IMG/VR virus record: IMGVR_UViG_3300031466_000110
DNA: 64,000 nucleotides
Direction: 5' to 3' (one strand)
From: a virus
The notes under the pieces are model-generated. The model saw only the letters and a program-made list of their open reading frames with translations, did no database searches and was not told the origin of the DNA. How positions within the stretch are numbered: the stretch's first letter is position 1; each line of letters begins with the position of its first letter. This document shows, in pieces, positions 1 through 10,491 of the stretch. Position numbers and translations under genes: made by a program.

Positions 1-2274
1 ATCAAAAGTCCCGTGCCCCAGAATTTTGACCGACGTAGGAGAGTAAATCACAGGCTCAAAGACCGAGTACTGCTTACCCTTGTACCCCTTCGTCGTAATT
101 TGCCCCCAGACGTTTTTGTTGATCGACTGGAACAACCAGAACGTCTTTACCCCAGAAGCCGGAAGCTGAGACACAACCGCCGAGGACAGCGAAGACGCTA
201 CATCCCGCGCCCAGACACAAACCCGTTGCGCCCACTCAACGGCTTCCTGAATTTCAGGTGGCGTGTCCTTTTTGATTTCAGTAGCCGCGAAGTCCGCCAA
301 CGCTGAGAGGTTCGAAGAATGGAAACGTTGCATCGCCAACACTTCGTCAAAGATGAAGTACGGCGAATTTTTCCACTTAAAGAGCTTACGCGGATCACTT
401 TCCCGCGAAAGTTCCGCCGCCAAAACCATGAGCATAAGTACCTTGAGGTACATCAGAATTCCGAAAACACCCGGATGTTTTTGCCGGATATAGTCAGGAG
501 CGCCAACACCAAAAGTGTACCCCGGTGCTTGAGTCGTAAAATCATAAGAAGCAACAGGCATTTGATACTTTTTCGCCAAATTCCAAAGCACCACCGCCAT
601 ATCCGGCTTACCGTCCGCATAAATGACCGGATGCCCGGAAGCCAAGACTGTTCCGAGAATATTGAGGGTGAGTACCCCCTTCCCGGAACGTTGCCCCGCT
701 CCAATAAGCGTGATCGCCGCAGTTTGAGCCGTGAAGTCATAAGTGAGAATTTTACCATCCACCCGACGCCCCAAGATCATGTTCTTAATGGATGGCGTGT
801 CTCCACGCTCCTGCAGAAGCTTGACTGCCTGATAAGCAAACAACGGGCTACGATGGTAGGTTTCCTTGTCGAACAAGACAATCGCTTCGCAAACTTGGTC
901 TTTGTCCTCCCCAGACTGATCCGTAAAGAACAAATGCCCCGTACCTTGGAAGATCGAACTTTTTGCGTCCGCATACTTTTTCTCAAAACGCTCAATGCTC
1001 GTACCCGTACCAAGGTAGAAACGAACCTTGAGCGCGGTGTTCACATCGAACTCCGAAAGAACAATGCAGTTGGTCATGTTGCGGACAATGAGATCGAGGT
1101 CTACACCTTCCTTCGTGTACAAACGGGTGATGTTGTTCAACAAGTCATCCCGAAGCAGTTTGGACATTTCCGACCAAGATTTGATACGCTGACCCTTGTA
1201 TACCCCAAGAAGCGCACTCAGTTGGAACGCTGGATAGTAATTTACCCCTTTGGTGAAGTTAATGGTAAGGATCTCATTTTCCGACAACCCACTAACGTCC
1301 GTATCACAAACCAATTCAACATTAGCCGAAGACGCGATCAGGTTAAAGAGCGTCGCTAGTGATTTCGACTGATGGACGTGCGTTTTACCATCCTTCAAAG
1401 TAATATACCCCGCCGAAACGAGGATACCTTTGGGGATGACCAGTTCGTACCCTACCTCAAAGAGATCTTTATAGACGCTGAGGATCTTGTTAACCGCACC
1501 AATAACCTCATCGTCATACTGCGGCTCCTCCTCTGGTTCCTGCTCAGGTTCAGGTTCGGCAGTAGCAGGAGCTTCTACCACCGGAGGTTCCTCTGCGCCA
1601 GCAGACTCGCCTTCAACATCGCCTTCCGTTTCACTACCACCGTCGACTTCTTCCCCTTCTCCTTCACCTTCATCCCCATGCGGGTACGCACCTTCCGACT
1701 CCAGCTCTTCCTCGACTTCATCCAAGTAATCGTCCCCACCATCCAGATAGTTGAGAAGGAAAGTGGTCATTTCCTCCATATGACGGAAAACCACCTCTGG
1801 ATTCAATGCCGAAAGCGGTGCAGTCTCCCCTGTCATACCAAAAGAACCATCTGTGTACGAAACAGAAGGCGTTACTTTCGGAAGCAAAAGCAGAGCATCT
1901 GTCAAAGAGAACAGATACGCCCGCATAATATTAAAGACGCGAATGCTACCATCCGTGTGCTGATGGAAAACATTCAATACATGCGGATACAACGCCAACG
2001 CCAAAACCGGAGCCAACTCGGAAGAAGCAACCCCATTCGGATTGTGGAAAATTTTGCTCGCATCAGAACCGAACATGGTACCCATCCAACCGAGATACTC
2101 CGGGTCAGCTTCGCGGATCGTGAGCAACCGCTCCGGCGATACCCCCGATGCATCGGGCTGTGTCTGGTACAAGTAAACCCCGATGACCTCCGCCTTCAGC
2201 TTTGCCGGATCGGTCAACCCATGCTCGACCAACCGACGCGCCAACGTCGCCACCGCAGAAAGCGCTATAGTCAT
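1..2274 (-). CDS. Large P-loop ATPase, FtsK/VirD4/HerA-like; 3' end runs off the window edge; absent from the ORF track
   Basis: ATG at 2274 overlaps the upstream TGA (ATGA) with RBS GGGGG. Manual translation starts MTIALSAVATLARRL..., has an acidic E/G/P linker (~1500-1720), then ITLIGAGQRSGKGVLTLNILG...VIYADGKPD (Walker A at ~676-702). Confidence 0.7.
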   Translation of the reverse strand, partial: MTIALSAVATLARRLVEHGLTDPAKLKAEVIGVYLYQTQPDASGVSPERLLTIREADPEYLGWMGTMFGSDASKIFHNPNGVASSELAPVLALALYPHVLNVFHQHTDGSIRVFNIMRAYLFSLTDALLLLPKVTPSVSYTDGSFGMTGETAPLSALNPEVVFRHMEEMTTFLLNYLDGGDDYLDEVEEELESEGAYPHGDEGEGEGEEVDGGSETEGDVEGESAGAEEPPVVEAPATAEPEPEQEPEEEPQYDDEVIGAVNKILSVYKDLFEVGYELVIPKGILVSAGYITLKDGKTHVHQSKSLATLFNLIASSANVELVCDTDVSGLSENEILTINFTKGVNYYPAFQLSALLGVYKGQRIKSWSEMSKLLRDDLLNNITRLYTKEGVDLDLIVRNMTNCIVLSEFDVNTALKVRFYLGTGTSIERFEKKYADAKSSIFQGTGHLFFTDQSGEDKDQVCEAIVLFDKETYHRSPLFAYQAVKLLQERGDTPSIKNMILGRRVDGKILTYDFTAQTAAITLIGAGQRSGKGVLTLNILGTVLASGHPVIYADGKPDMAVVLWNLAKKYQMPVASYDFTTQAPGYTFGVGAPDYIRQKHPGVFGILMYLKVLMLMVLAAELSRESDPRKLFKWKNSPYFIFDEVLAMQRFHSSNLSALADFAATEIKKDTPPEIQEAVEWAQRVCVWARDVASSLSSAVVSQLPASGVKTFWLFQSINKNVWGQITTKGYKGKQYSVFEPVIYSPTSVKILGHGTFD

Positions 2275-3692
2275 TTCAGACTACCCCCTTCTACCAAAGA
2301 ATTAAGCGCATCCAACAATTTAAGCGAACTGTTCAACAATTTCGACACGTTGACGTTCTCCAGTGAGAACGGGAGCTTTTCCCAAATCGCCCCGGCATCC
2401 GTACCCCGCTTAGAGAGTAAGGTGTTCGCCAACCGAGAAGCCACCCGGTCATAGTACAAACCGTCGAGCTTCGCCTTATCCAACGTATTGAAGTAAAACT
2501 CCACCAGCTCTACTCCGTTGCGGGAAAGATACATCAAAAAGGCAAGATAAACTTGGTACGCCAGCGCCCGCAAATAAACCTCCAACAAAACGAGGAAGAC
2601 GCGCATACTCTTATCCGGGATGAAGACGTCCGGCTCCTTTTTGATATACTTATCCACCGCTTGTTCCAATACCCCTACCAAGGGTAGGAGAGGGCTAGTG
2701 CTATTGTGGTAGGTTACGATGAAGTTGGCGACGGCTTTGAAGTCAATTCGCTTAAAGTCGTTACGGATGTCATCAGGAATTTGGGTCGTATCCTGCAACA
2801 TCAGATTGAAGGAGTAGTGACGAGTAGCTTGATCCAAGAGATTTGCCCATTCGTAGCGGCTAAGGAACGGAGCCTTGACAACCAAGTCATCCATACCCGG
2901 TACGACCCGCAGAAGAAACTGCTCTGCTTGCGAAAGCGGCTTTTTCAACGAATCATAAAGCTCCGCCAAACGTGCATCTTCGACCTTTTTGAAGTCCGCT
3001 TGCTTTTGCTGGGATTCATAAAAAGCTTTAAGATTATCGAAGTAGCGTTTAACTTTCCCGTTTTCACCGTCCTCCTTATAGAATTGAGGACGCAGAGAAG
3101 TAGAAGTCCGCCAGTTGGGTTTATCAAAAGACACATAAGGAACTGCCGGAAGACCAAGTTCTGTAGCAAGCGTTGCTAAAGTCGAAGTTTTATCCTTCAG
3201 ATTAACGTTGCGCTCCTTAACTGCTTGCTCCAACATCGCCGGAGTTGCGTCAAATTTCGTTACCCCAATAAAACGCGGAAAACGCGTGTCCGAACGCAAC
3301 TCGTTCAAAACCTGAGAACTTAAGTCCGCCTTAAGCAGATCTTCCGGGTACCCCGCTGTCAGAATAGCGATCTCCTCAAGGGAAGACATAACCCGCCCAC
3401 TCAGCACAATGCTAAGAATGGAACGAAATTTTCCCGGTTGCGACTGCAGAACATTCACATCCTCCTGAAGATCGCTCGGGTTAAACTTGATATTCCGAAT
3501 GAGTTGCCCGCTGAGCATCCCCGGCAAACCCACGTACAACTGCACTAATACCCCAGTCGCATGGAAATAAAGACGGCGAACATTGTTTGCCGACCAATCA
3601 TTCACCGGGATAATACGTCCATCGCTATCGGTCGTCTCTTTTCGAGCGATCCCGCGATAGAAATCCGCTTCGAATTTCGTAATTCTTGACAT
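2271..3692 (-). CDS. Hypothetical protein (473 aa), translationally coupled to the ATPase
   Basis: Long ORF with GGAGG RBS; no recognisable motif. Confidence 0.75.
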   Translation of the reverse strand: MSRITKFEADFYRGIARKETTDSDGRIIPVNDWSANNVRRLYFHATGVLVQLYVGLPGMLSGQLIRNIKFNPSDLQEDVNVLQSQPGKFRSILSIVLSGRVMSSLEEIAILTAGYPEDLLKADLSSQVLNELRSDTRFPRFIGVTKFDATPAMLEQAVKERNVNLKDKTSTLATLATELGLPAVPYVSFDKPNWRTSTSLRPQFYKEDGENGKVKRYFDNLKAFYESQQKQADFKKVEDARLAELYDSLKKPLSQAEQFLLRVVPGMDDLVVKAPFLSRYEWANLLDQATRHYSFNLMLQDTTQIPDDIRNDFKRIDFKAVANFIVTYHNSTSPLLPLVGVLEQAVDKYIKKEPDVFIPDKSMRVFLVLLEVYLRALAYQVYLAFLMYLSRNGVELVEFYFNTLDKAKLDGLYYDRVASRLANTLLSKRGTDAGAIWEKLPFSLENVNVSKLLNSSLKLLDALNSLVEGGSLK

Positions 3693-3771
3693 CCCGTACC
3701 CTCCTTATTCAAGCTCGTACTTAAAAATAGAAAAGGGTCATCGGAACGACAGCCTGACTTGCTCAAAAGAA

Positions 3772-3802
3772 AAAGGACTTCGGAAGAAGTCCGAAGTCCT
3801 TT
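3772..3802 (-). terminator. Rho-independent terminator after mutM
   Basis: 13-bp stem AAAGGACTTCGGA/TCCGAAGTCCTTT followed by a T-run on the minus strand. Confidence 0.75.
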
Positions 3803-4688
3803 AAGACTGACACTGTGGACAATGGAAAGTCGCTCTGTCATCTATCGTAGTAACCACAATTTGCGAGTTACATGAAGGACAAAACGACTGGGCATAAACC
3901 TTCAAATGGTGTTGGAAAGAACCAGATACGCCTTCGCCATCCACGTAGTCTTTAATAGAAGAACCACCAAGTTCAATAGACTTCGCCATAATCTCAACAG
4001 AAGAACGAAAAATAGTACGAAGCTCATCATCGCTAAGTGTATGTACCGAACGATGCGGATTGACCCCGGCGGCAAAACAAGCTTCCGAAGCATAGATGTT
4101 CCCAATGCCCGCAACCACTCGTTGATCAAGTAACACCCCCTTGATGGGTTTGTAAGCGTACCGAGATTGACGAACGGCAGTAAGGAACTTCTCCTCCGCG
4201 CCGGGTTCGAAAGGCTCTACCCCCAATTCGAGGAAGCCCTTGAGATGCGCAGGAGCGGTGTCTGGATTGAAAAGCGCTCCAAGGGAGAACGCCCGTACTG
4301 AACCGAAACGCCGATAATCACTGAAGAACAGAATTCCACCATCATCGAGATGGAACTCCAAAAAGATGTGGTTACATATGGTCGGGGGATATGCGTGATA
4401 CCACCGATCCGAAGGCTTATATATCAAGGCTCCCGTCATTCCGAGATGCACCATGAGGACTGTCGGATAATGAAAACTCGGAGTGACCGATTCAAGCGTA
4501 AGCAGAATATACTTTCCACGACGGTCAATGCTTGTGATCCGCTTACCAAGAACCGAGTCCTCTAAATCCTCTGGAGAATTATACTTCAAAGGATAGGGCT
4601 TAAGAACGGAAACCGAAGTGATGACCTTACGCTCCAAATTTTTACGCAGAGAACGAACAGCCGTCTCCACCTCTGGCAACTCAGGCAT
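3801..4688 (-). CDS. mutM: Formamidopyrimidine-DNA glycosylase (Fpg/MutM)
   Basis: N-terminal MPELPEVET, RRGKY, HLGMTG, D.RRFG, LLDQ..VAGIGNIYASE (H2TH) and C-terminal zinc finger CPSC...CPQCQ. Confidence 0.96.
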   Translation of the reverse strand: MPELPEVETAVRSLRKNLERKVITSVSVLKPYPLKYNSPEDLEDSVLGKRITSIDRRGKYILLTLESVTPSFHYPTVLMVHLGMTGALIYKPSDRWYHAYPPTICNHIFLEFHLDDGGILFFSDYRRFGSVRAFSLGALFNPDTAPAHLKGFLELGVEPFEPGAEEKFLTAVRQSRYAYKPIKGVLLDQRVVAGIGNIYASEACFAAGVNPHRSVHTLSDDELRTIFRSSVEIMAKSIELGGSSIKDYVDGEGVSGSFQHHLKVYAQSFCPSCNSQIVVTTIDDRATFHCPQCQS

Positions 4689-4753
4689 GTAAAGATGACC
4701 TCCTTAAAAGAAGAAAGGGAACCCCGATGGAGATTCCCTTCAAAGTCGATGAC

Positions 4754-5470
4754 TTACCCCACGGATTCCTCATCTTCCTCCACGACACCGCCGATCTGAT
4801 TGGCAAGATCAAGATAGTACGTCCCAGACTCATAATGACGAACCTCCGAAGTTGCCCCGGTGCGCACCACCTCATACTGCTTACCGATATCGAAGCTGTA
4901 CTCCACCATGACAAACTGGAAGAACTTCGACACCGTAAGAATCAAGTCACGCACCAAACGCTTCGCCGCCGGATGTACCCCTGAAAGAATTTCGTCCATG
5001 ATCAAGATCGGACGAGCCTTGCGGGTGTCAATGAGGGTGACGGTGAACAGGAACGAGATGAGTTGCGCGAGTCCACGACCAGATTGGGAGAACTTACGCT
5101 TCTTACGTTGCTGACCCGTATACAACGTCACCACAAAGTGCGGATAGGTGTCGCGGTACATCGTATGCTCGATCTTAATCGAGCGTGGGTCTTCGGGGAA
5201 GATTACCCCCAGAGCGCGATTGATTACCCCCTCGATGACGCTGAGGGTATCGCGGATGACTTGATCCGAAACCGACCCGATAAGTGCCGCCGAACGAGTA
5301 AGCAAATCCACCTCTTTTTGCAACTCATTGATGAGCTTGGTGTCGCGTTCAATTTGCTCCTGCATTTCCGACAGCCGCTTCTTCCGGTCATCCTGCACCG
5401 ACAACAAGTGCCCCACTTGATGAAGCAACCCGTCAACTTGCGAGAAGTCATATGAAAGCGTTGCGGTCAT
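4754..5470 (-). CDS. SbcC/Rad50-type ABC ATPase, C-terminal half
   Basis: Coiled coil, then signature-like SQSGRG and Walker B/D-loop ILIMDEILSGVH; no Walker A. Confidence 0.75.
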   Translation of the reverse strand: MTATLSYDFSQVDGLLHQVGHLLSVQDDRKKRLSEMQEQIERDTKLINELQKEVDLLTRSAALIGSVSDQVIRDTLSVIEGVINRALGVIFPEDPRSIKIEHTMYRDTYPHFVVTLYTGQQRKKRKFSQSGRGLAQLISFLFTVTLIDTRKARPILIMDEILSGVHPAAKRLVRDLILTVSKFFQFVMVEYSFDIGKQYEVVRTGATSEVRHYESGTYYLDLANQIGGVVEEDEESVG

Positions 5471-5507
5471 AAGCGACCTCCTTTACTACGCATTTACCAT
5501 TTACGCG

Positions 5508-5774
5508 TTATACTTTGAACCATTTTGAAACCTCGTCCCAATCATAGAACGCTTCCAACTCCAAATCCGAAACAGAAAGCCAATCAGAGATTTCGTCCCC
5601 TTCTCGAAGTTTCAGCCGAACGCGTTTAGTGGTATCGTCCGTGTCAATAATTACCCCCGAGATAGCGGGATTCGCCTTCAACCGAGCCGAGCGATGAAAA
5701 TACCGCTTATGAAATACCGAAGTTCCCCATGTGGGCGTCGTGTCTTCCACAGACATGCACCACCATAATCGCAA
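5508..5774 (-). CDS. Small hypothetical protein
   Basis: 88-aa ORF filling the gap in the operon; start uncertain. Confidence 0.5.
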   Translation of the reverse strand: MRLWWCMSVEDTTPTWGTSVFHKRYFHRSARLKANPAISGVIIDTDDTTKRVRLKLREGDEISDWLSVSDLELEAFYDWDEVSKWFKV

Positions 5775-5828
5775 AGGAGGGGAACGCGACGTTTGTTGTC
5801 GCGTCCATACCCTCCGCCCTTGCGTTGA

Positions 5829-7049
5829 TTACCAGTTGATCGACTCGCGGGCTGGCGACAGGCGATTGGCTTTGGTTTGCCAAACCCTCGTGTTGTCGGT
5901 GCAACCCAGAATCGTGTAGCCGCTGTCCACGCCTTCCAGATAGAAGAAGATATCGTCCATAAACATATCCGTGTGCGAGAAGATCATAGACAGAAGCAAA
6001 TCAGACTGGATATTGAAGCGGAAGGAGCCTTCGCCCTTGGCGCGACGCACCGGAACGCTCTGCTTGAAAGAAGGCGTAATGATCTTGAAGGTGCCGACCG
6101 TTCCTTCCGGTTGCGGTACCAATTCAATCTCCAGCGTCACCGTCGATACCCCGCTCGGAAGTCGTTTCAGAACGTCAAGCAGGTACACCTTGTCAACGGA
6201 GATACCGTTCGACGGCAAATCGATGAAGTTCCGAATGTCGAAAGCGCGAGACATATCCGCACACTTGATGCGGGAGACAGAAGAACCAACTTTGACCGTC
6301 AGGATGACCATTCCATTGTCGCCGGAAACCCGCGAGAGTTCAAAAGTTTCGTTGGTTTCAATGAACGACTTGAGGAACGACACCATCGAGTTGCTGAGTT
6401 TGAAGTCGCGGAAGACTTCCGGCAGACGATTCTCCATCATGCAGACATGCGAAGTCAGAACCGTGTACACATGCGAAGCGCCGAACATCATGCTGGAATG
6501 AGATTCGCTGACCTGCTTGGCGATGGTCGGAAGCAAAGCTTGGATATAAACCAGCAGAGCGCCGGAGTCGTAAACCTCCCCGGAGAAATTCAGATCGAGG
6601 GTGAGCAGTTCCTTCTCAACCACAGGTTGCATCCGGGAAGTGCGAATGAGGAAACGACTGGTTTGGTTATACTGCTCCGCGCCTTCCGATTCAGGATCAA
6701 GCGCCTCCTCCGTCACCGCCAGAGTTACCGCGTCACCCAAAATAGTGAACATGGTGTCCTTAACCTTAGTACGCTTGAGCGACTTGAAGCTGTCCAGAGC
6801 GCCCATGATATCCTTACTTTTGAGCGCCACAAACTGCGGCGGCGTTTCTCCGGGTTCCAACGTCACCTCAGCCCCTTCGAGCGGCGTGGCATTGACCAAA
6901 TTGATACCGAACGAACACAGACTGACAATACCGTCCTTGACCCACAAAATAGCATTTTTCATTTCGTCCTGCAAGGCACGGTCAGCGATCACACTGCCGT
7001 TTACCCCCATCGCATGGACGAGCGAAGCATAAGGTACTCGGATTTGCAT
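5829..7049 (-). CDS. Divergent DNA sliding clamp (DnaN/beta-clamp-like)
   Basis: ~406 aa from MQIRV (GGAGG RBS). The N-terminus MQIRVPYASLVHAM...AILWVKDGIVSL resembles the DnaN start, and the threefold beta/alpha pattern (e.g. ISVDKVYLLDVLKRL) and replication context fit. Confidence 0.6.
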   Translation of the reverse strand: MQIRVPYASLVHAMGVNGSVIADRALQDEMKNAILWVKDGIVSLCSFGINLVNATPLEGAEVTLEPGETPPQFVALKSKDIMGALDSFKSLKRTKVKDTMFTILGDAVTLAVTEEALDPESEGAEQYNQTSRFLIRTSRMQPVVEKELLTLDLNFSGEVYDSGALLVYIQALLPTIAKQVSESHSSMMFGASHVYTVLTSHVCMMENRLPEVFRDFKLSNSMVSFLKSFIETNETFELSRVSGDNGMVILTVKVGSSVSRIKCADMSRAFDIRNFIDLPSNGISVDKVYLLDVLKRLPSGVSTVTLEIELVPQPEGTVGTFKIITPSFKQSVPVRRAKGEGSFRFNIQSDLLLSMIFSHTDMFMDDIFFYLEGVDSGYTILGCTDNTRVWQTKANRLSPARESINW

Positions 7050-7136
7050 TCGAAGACCTCCAAACAAAGAATAATCAAGTTACCTGATAAACAGGATGTA
7101 GAAGAAAGAGGGGGAAGAAATTACCCCCTCATATGA

Positions 7137-7958
7137 TTAACCTCCGAAGGTAGTTCCGTTACCGCCAGCCGGATTCGAGAACATGGAATTGAACGTTTTC
7201 TCGATCTCCGGGTCAGCTTTGGTCGAAGTTGCGCCCCAACCCGGAGGAGTAAACGGCTGTTCACTCGGATCTTGCTGACCTTCCACAGGTTGAGCCGACG
7301 CTTGTGCTGGAGCCGCTTGAGCTTGTTGTGCTTGGTTACCCTCGAACAGGTTCACATTCGGATTCGGTACTGCCCAAGGCGGCAGGTTTTCCTGCGATTG
7401 AACCGGATTCGGCTGTGCCGCTTGCGGTTGAGCTTGCGCTTGAGGTTGAGCTTGCGGTGCAGGTTGCGCCCAAGAAGGCGTTGCCGTAGCACCCGGAGTC
7501 GCGGTTTGTGCTTGAGGTACCGCTCCCTGCACAACCGGATTTGTTACTCCCGGAGAAGCAACCGGATTGGAAGGTTGAACCTGAGCCGTAGGTTGAGCCG
7601 CAGATTCAGCCGCAGGTTGAGCTTGCACTTGCGGTTGAGCTTGCGCCGAAGCACTCGGCATCGGCGTTGCTTTCGTGGTACCATCCGCATTCTTCAGCTT
7701 GTACGCGCCCGACTCGATATCCTGCAGTTGCTGTTGCAAGGCTTGAGCTTCCGCGTTGATACGCTCGACCTCGCGTTGGTACTCCTCTTCGATGGAAACC
7801 TGCGTAAGGTCAACACCATACTTCTGCTTATAGGCTTGGATGCCTTGTTCGAACTGCTTTTGCGACATTTCCTTTTGCCCAAGCAAGCGCGTCCGATTCT
7901 GGTTGGACTGCTTCGCCCGCTGGTTGAGTTGGTTAATAAGGTTAATATCGACCGTCAT
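7137..7958 (-). CDS. Coiled-coil protein with long Q/P/A-rich low-complexity tail
   Basis: N-terminal ~90-aa coiled coil, then QAQPQ repeats; overlaps the sbcD stop. Confidence 0.75.
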   Translation of the reverse strand: MTVDINLINQLNQRAKQSNQNRTRLLGQKEMSQKQFEQGIQAYKQKYGVDLTQVSIEEEYQREVERINAEAQALQQQLQDIESGAYKLKNADGTTKATPMPSASAQAQPQVQAQPAAESAAQPTAQVQPSNPVASPGVTNPVVQGAVPQAQTATPGATATPSWAQPAPQAQPQAQAQPQAAQPNPVQSQENLPPWAVPNPNVNLFEGNQAQQAQAAPAQASAQPVEGQQDPSEQPFTPPGWGATSTKADPEIEKTFNSMFSNPAGGNGTTFGG

Positions 7959-8998
7959 TTCAATACCCCTTCCGCATCTTCGATATACTTCATAGCCAGA
8001 TCGGTGGCTTCCTTATCCAGAGCGCCCATACGAAGCAAGTGCGTTTTGTAGTCCGCCTCGCCCATGAGGTTGTAATCCTTGAGTTCCTTCAAAATGGAGA
8101 GCAGTTCGTCCATATCGAAGGACGGACGATCAAGATCGGACTCCGCATCCGCCAAAGCTTCCACTTCCTCGTCCGAAAGGAAATTGGAGAAGAAGGTTTC
8201 CGCAGGTTCGAGCTGGAATTCGACTTGCGAAAGATCGACCATATCGTCCGTGATATGGAAGACTACCCCGAATACCTTGTCCCAAATCTTTCGCTCATAC
8301 TTCGGACGAGTACCGCAACCGGGATAAAAGAGAGTGATCTCCTTACCCCGAATAGCTGTCTTAACCGGACGGAAGGACGGCTCATGGATATGCCCACAGA
8401 TGACCATTTCCACGCCTTCAAGGTTATGAAGCGTCGAAAGCTCAATTTCCTCGTCCGTGCGAGGGAGCCACGTGGTTTGACCGTCCACCGTCAAATGCGA
8501 GTGCATCAACGCCACGTTATAATGATCCTCGCTGAACTCAATCTTGCGCGTATGCTCACCATAAGCGATGAAATGAAAACGAGTACAACCGACATCGAGC
8601 GTGCGCGGCGTTTTGATAAGCCCAAGTTCCACGAAGAATTGGAAGTCCGTCAAACCACGACCCCTGTCATGGTTCCCTTCCACCGCGTAGACATTGTTCC
8701 CCGTAAGGCTGTTCCAAAGCTGGAGAACGCGAGAGAAGTACAACATAGTTTCACGCCGTTGGAAATTCTTTTCCGTCGTCCGACCCACCAAATCCCCCAA
8801 AAGGAACAAGTGTGTAATCTCTTCACGCCGGATGGTCTCGGTAATATCATTGAGAAAATTGGTACAAGACTCGAAATAATCCCGATGACGTGGTGAGTCC
8901 TTGTCCGAAATATGCAAGTCACCCACAATGAGCGGCTTAAACTTGCTAGATTCCGGGAGCTGAATATTTACCCCATCGGTGAATTGAAGCACCGTCAA
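7955..8998 (-). CDS. sbcD: SbcD/Mre11-family metallophosphoesterase nuclease
   Basis: Motifs GDLH, GDL, GNHD, HSH, GHIH; adjacent to the SbcC halves. Confidence 0.85.
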   Translation of the reverse strand: MTVLQFTDGVNIQLPESSKFKPLIVGDLHISDKDSPRHRDYFESCTNFLNDITETIRREEITHLFLLGDLVGRTTEKNFQRRETMLYFSRVLQLWNSLTGNNVYAVEGNHDRGRGLTDFQFFVELGLIKTPRTLDVGCTRFHFIAYGEHTRKIEFSEDHYNVALMHSHLTVDGQTTWLPRTDEEIELSTLHNLEGVEMVICGHIHEPSFRPVKTAIRGKEITLFYPGCGTRPKYERKIWDKVFGVVFHITDDMVDLSQVEFQLEPAETFFSNFLSDEEVEALADAESDLDRPSFDMDELLSILKELKDYNLMGEADYKTHLLRMGALDKEATDLAMKYIEDAEGVLK

Positions 8999-9092
8999 TA
9001 CCTACACCACCTTTATGCAAGAAACTGCTTATTATACCCCACCTCCAAATACCCCTGCGAAAAGACAGGGCGGTTGAGTACCCGGAGGAATC

Positions 9093-10358
9093 TTAAACCG
9101 CGATAGTACCGCAGTTGGGGCAAATTTTGAAACCGTGAAGCTGTGAGAGTTCCGCAAGCTGACCACTAACCTCGGCAAAGTCAGCCTCAACTTGATGAAG
9201 TTCTTGGTCAAGCACTTGCAACTGACGATGCTGTTCCAACAAACGCTCCAGATCATACAGACGAGAAACATCAAGCGTCGACAACTCCGGCGGAATATCC
9301 TCATCCGAAAGTTGCTCCTGCTCCAGCGTCCGCAGGGATTCCAACATCGAAAGACGCTCCAAATCAATAACCGACAGTTCCGGCAAATCCGGCTCCGCCA
9401 ATACCCCTTGCAGATCGCGCAGAGTGGTAAGGGCTTGCAAACGATCAAGAGAAATTTCCGGCAGTTCCTCCGGGAGCGGCTCGTCAAGTACCCCCTTGAG
9501 CGAACGGAGACGCTCCAAGTCCTCATAACGCGACAAGTCGATAAGCTGAAGTTCGTCCGGGATGACAAGATCGTCGATAATTTGCTTCTTAGCGTGAAGG
9601 TCACCAAGAATAGTCAACCTAAGCTTCGAAGACTCCAAATTTTCCTTACGTTTCGAGAGCGCCACAAACCAATCATCCGGGAGGACTTGAATTTTATTCG
9701 CTTCCGCAACCCGCGTGTTGTTCGAGAGGATGAGTTCTGCAAGCTCATTTTGCTTCTTGTTCCGATCCTCCCGAATCCGCTGTTCCGCCATCGCCAAAAC
9801 GTCGCAACGCAAGATAGCGTTAAGGATTTTGTAGTTCTCACCACCACTAGTTGCCACCAAGAACAGACGACTGTTGGTGTCGCGGTAGTTGAGATACTCA
9901 TTGGTCGCATCATCCGATACCACATTAAGGTACTTAGAGATTTCCTCCGGTACCCCCGGCATCGCAGTGATGACACCGGAAGACGTTCGGTTGGTGTACA
10001 ACACCTTACCGTCCTTCTCCATTTGCCACCACGACTTGCCGTTGCGGAATTTCGTTTTAGAAATGCGTACCCCGGACGCAAATTCAGCGTAGACCTCAAA
10101 GTAGTCCTGCTCATCCTGAATGAAGTTGACTTGATCGTTACTATGCCGATCATAGAACAAAATGCTGAGCGCAGTCAGCAACGCTGATTTCCCGGAGTCA
10201 TTGTAACCACACAGGTTAATGATATTGGAATCGTCAAATTCCACCCGCGCATTGGTTAGCGACATGAAGTTAACTACCCCAAACGCCGTCATGCGATCCC
10301 AAGTCGGATCAACCTGTGCAGGGTGTACGGTAGTTCCGTTCGATACCCCTGCTGACAT
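9093..10358 (-). CDS. SbcC/Rad50-type ATPase, N-terminal half ending in a zinc-hook-like CPNC
   Basis: VVNFMS, Walker A GYNDSGKS, ~26-28-aa repeats (LPE.SL.RL..L..LR.L), terminal CPNCG. Confidence 0.8.
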   Translation of the reverse strand: MSAGVSNGTTVHPAQVDPTWDRMTAFGVVNFMSLTNARVEFDDSNIINLCGYNDSGKSALLTALSILFYDRHSNDQVNFIQDEQDYFEVYAEFASGVRISKTKFRNGKSWWQMEKDGKVLYTNRTSSGVITAMPGVPEEISKYLNVVSDDATNEYLNYRDTNSRLFLVATSGGENYKILNAILRCDVLAMAEQRIREDRNKKQNELAELILSNNTRVAEANKIQVLPDDWFVALSKRKENLESSKLRLTILGDLHAKKQIIDDLVIPDELQLIDLSRYEDLERLRSLKGVLDEPLPEELPEISLDRLQALTTLRDLQGVLAEPDLPELSVIDLERLSMLESLRTLEQEQLSDEDIPPELSTLDVSRLYDLERLLEQHRQLQVLDQELHQVEADFAEVSGQLAELSQLHGFKICPNCGTIAV

Positions 10359-10441
10359 GAAGGTCTCACACCTTTCCTAACAAAATACAAGCACTGATGT
10401 ATATAAACCATGTCGGTCAAAAAGTCAGAAGGAACAAAAGA

Positions 10442-10467
10442 AAAAGCTACACCGAAGTGTAGCTTTT
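10442..10467 (-). terminator. Terminator after the SSB gene
   Basis: 11-bp stem with C(UUCG)G loop on the minus strand, then a T-run. Confidence 0.75.
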
Positions 10468-10491
10468 CCCTGAAACGGCTCGCCCGAACCA

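Noticed and set aside
7270-7660. GGTTGAGC-type repeats here and at 10600-10690 as non-coding repeats
   Set aside because: They are explained by QAQP and PAQLGG peptide repeats in minus-strand CDSs.
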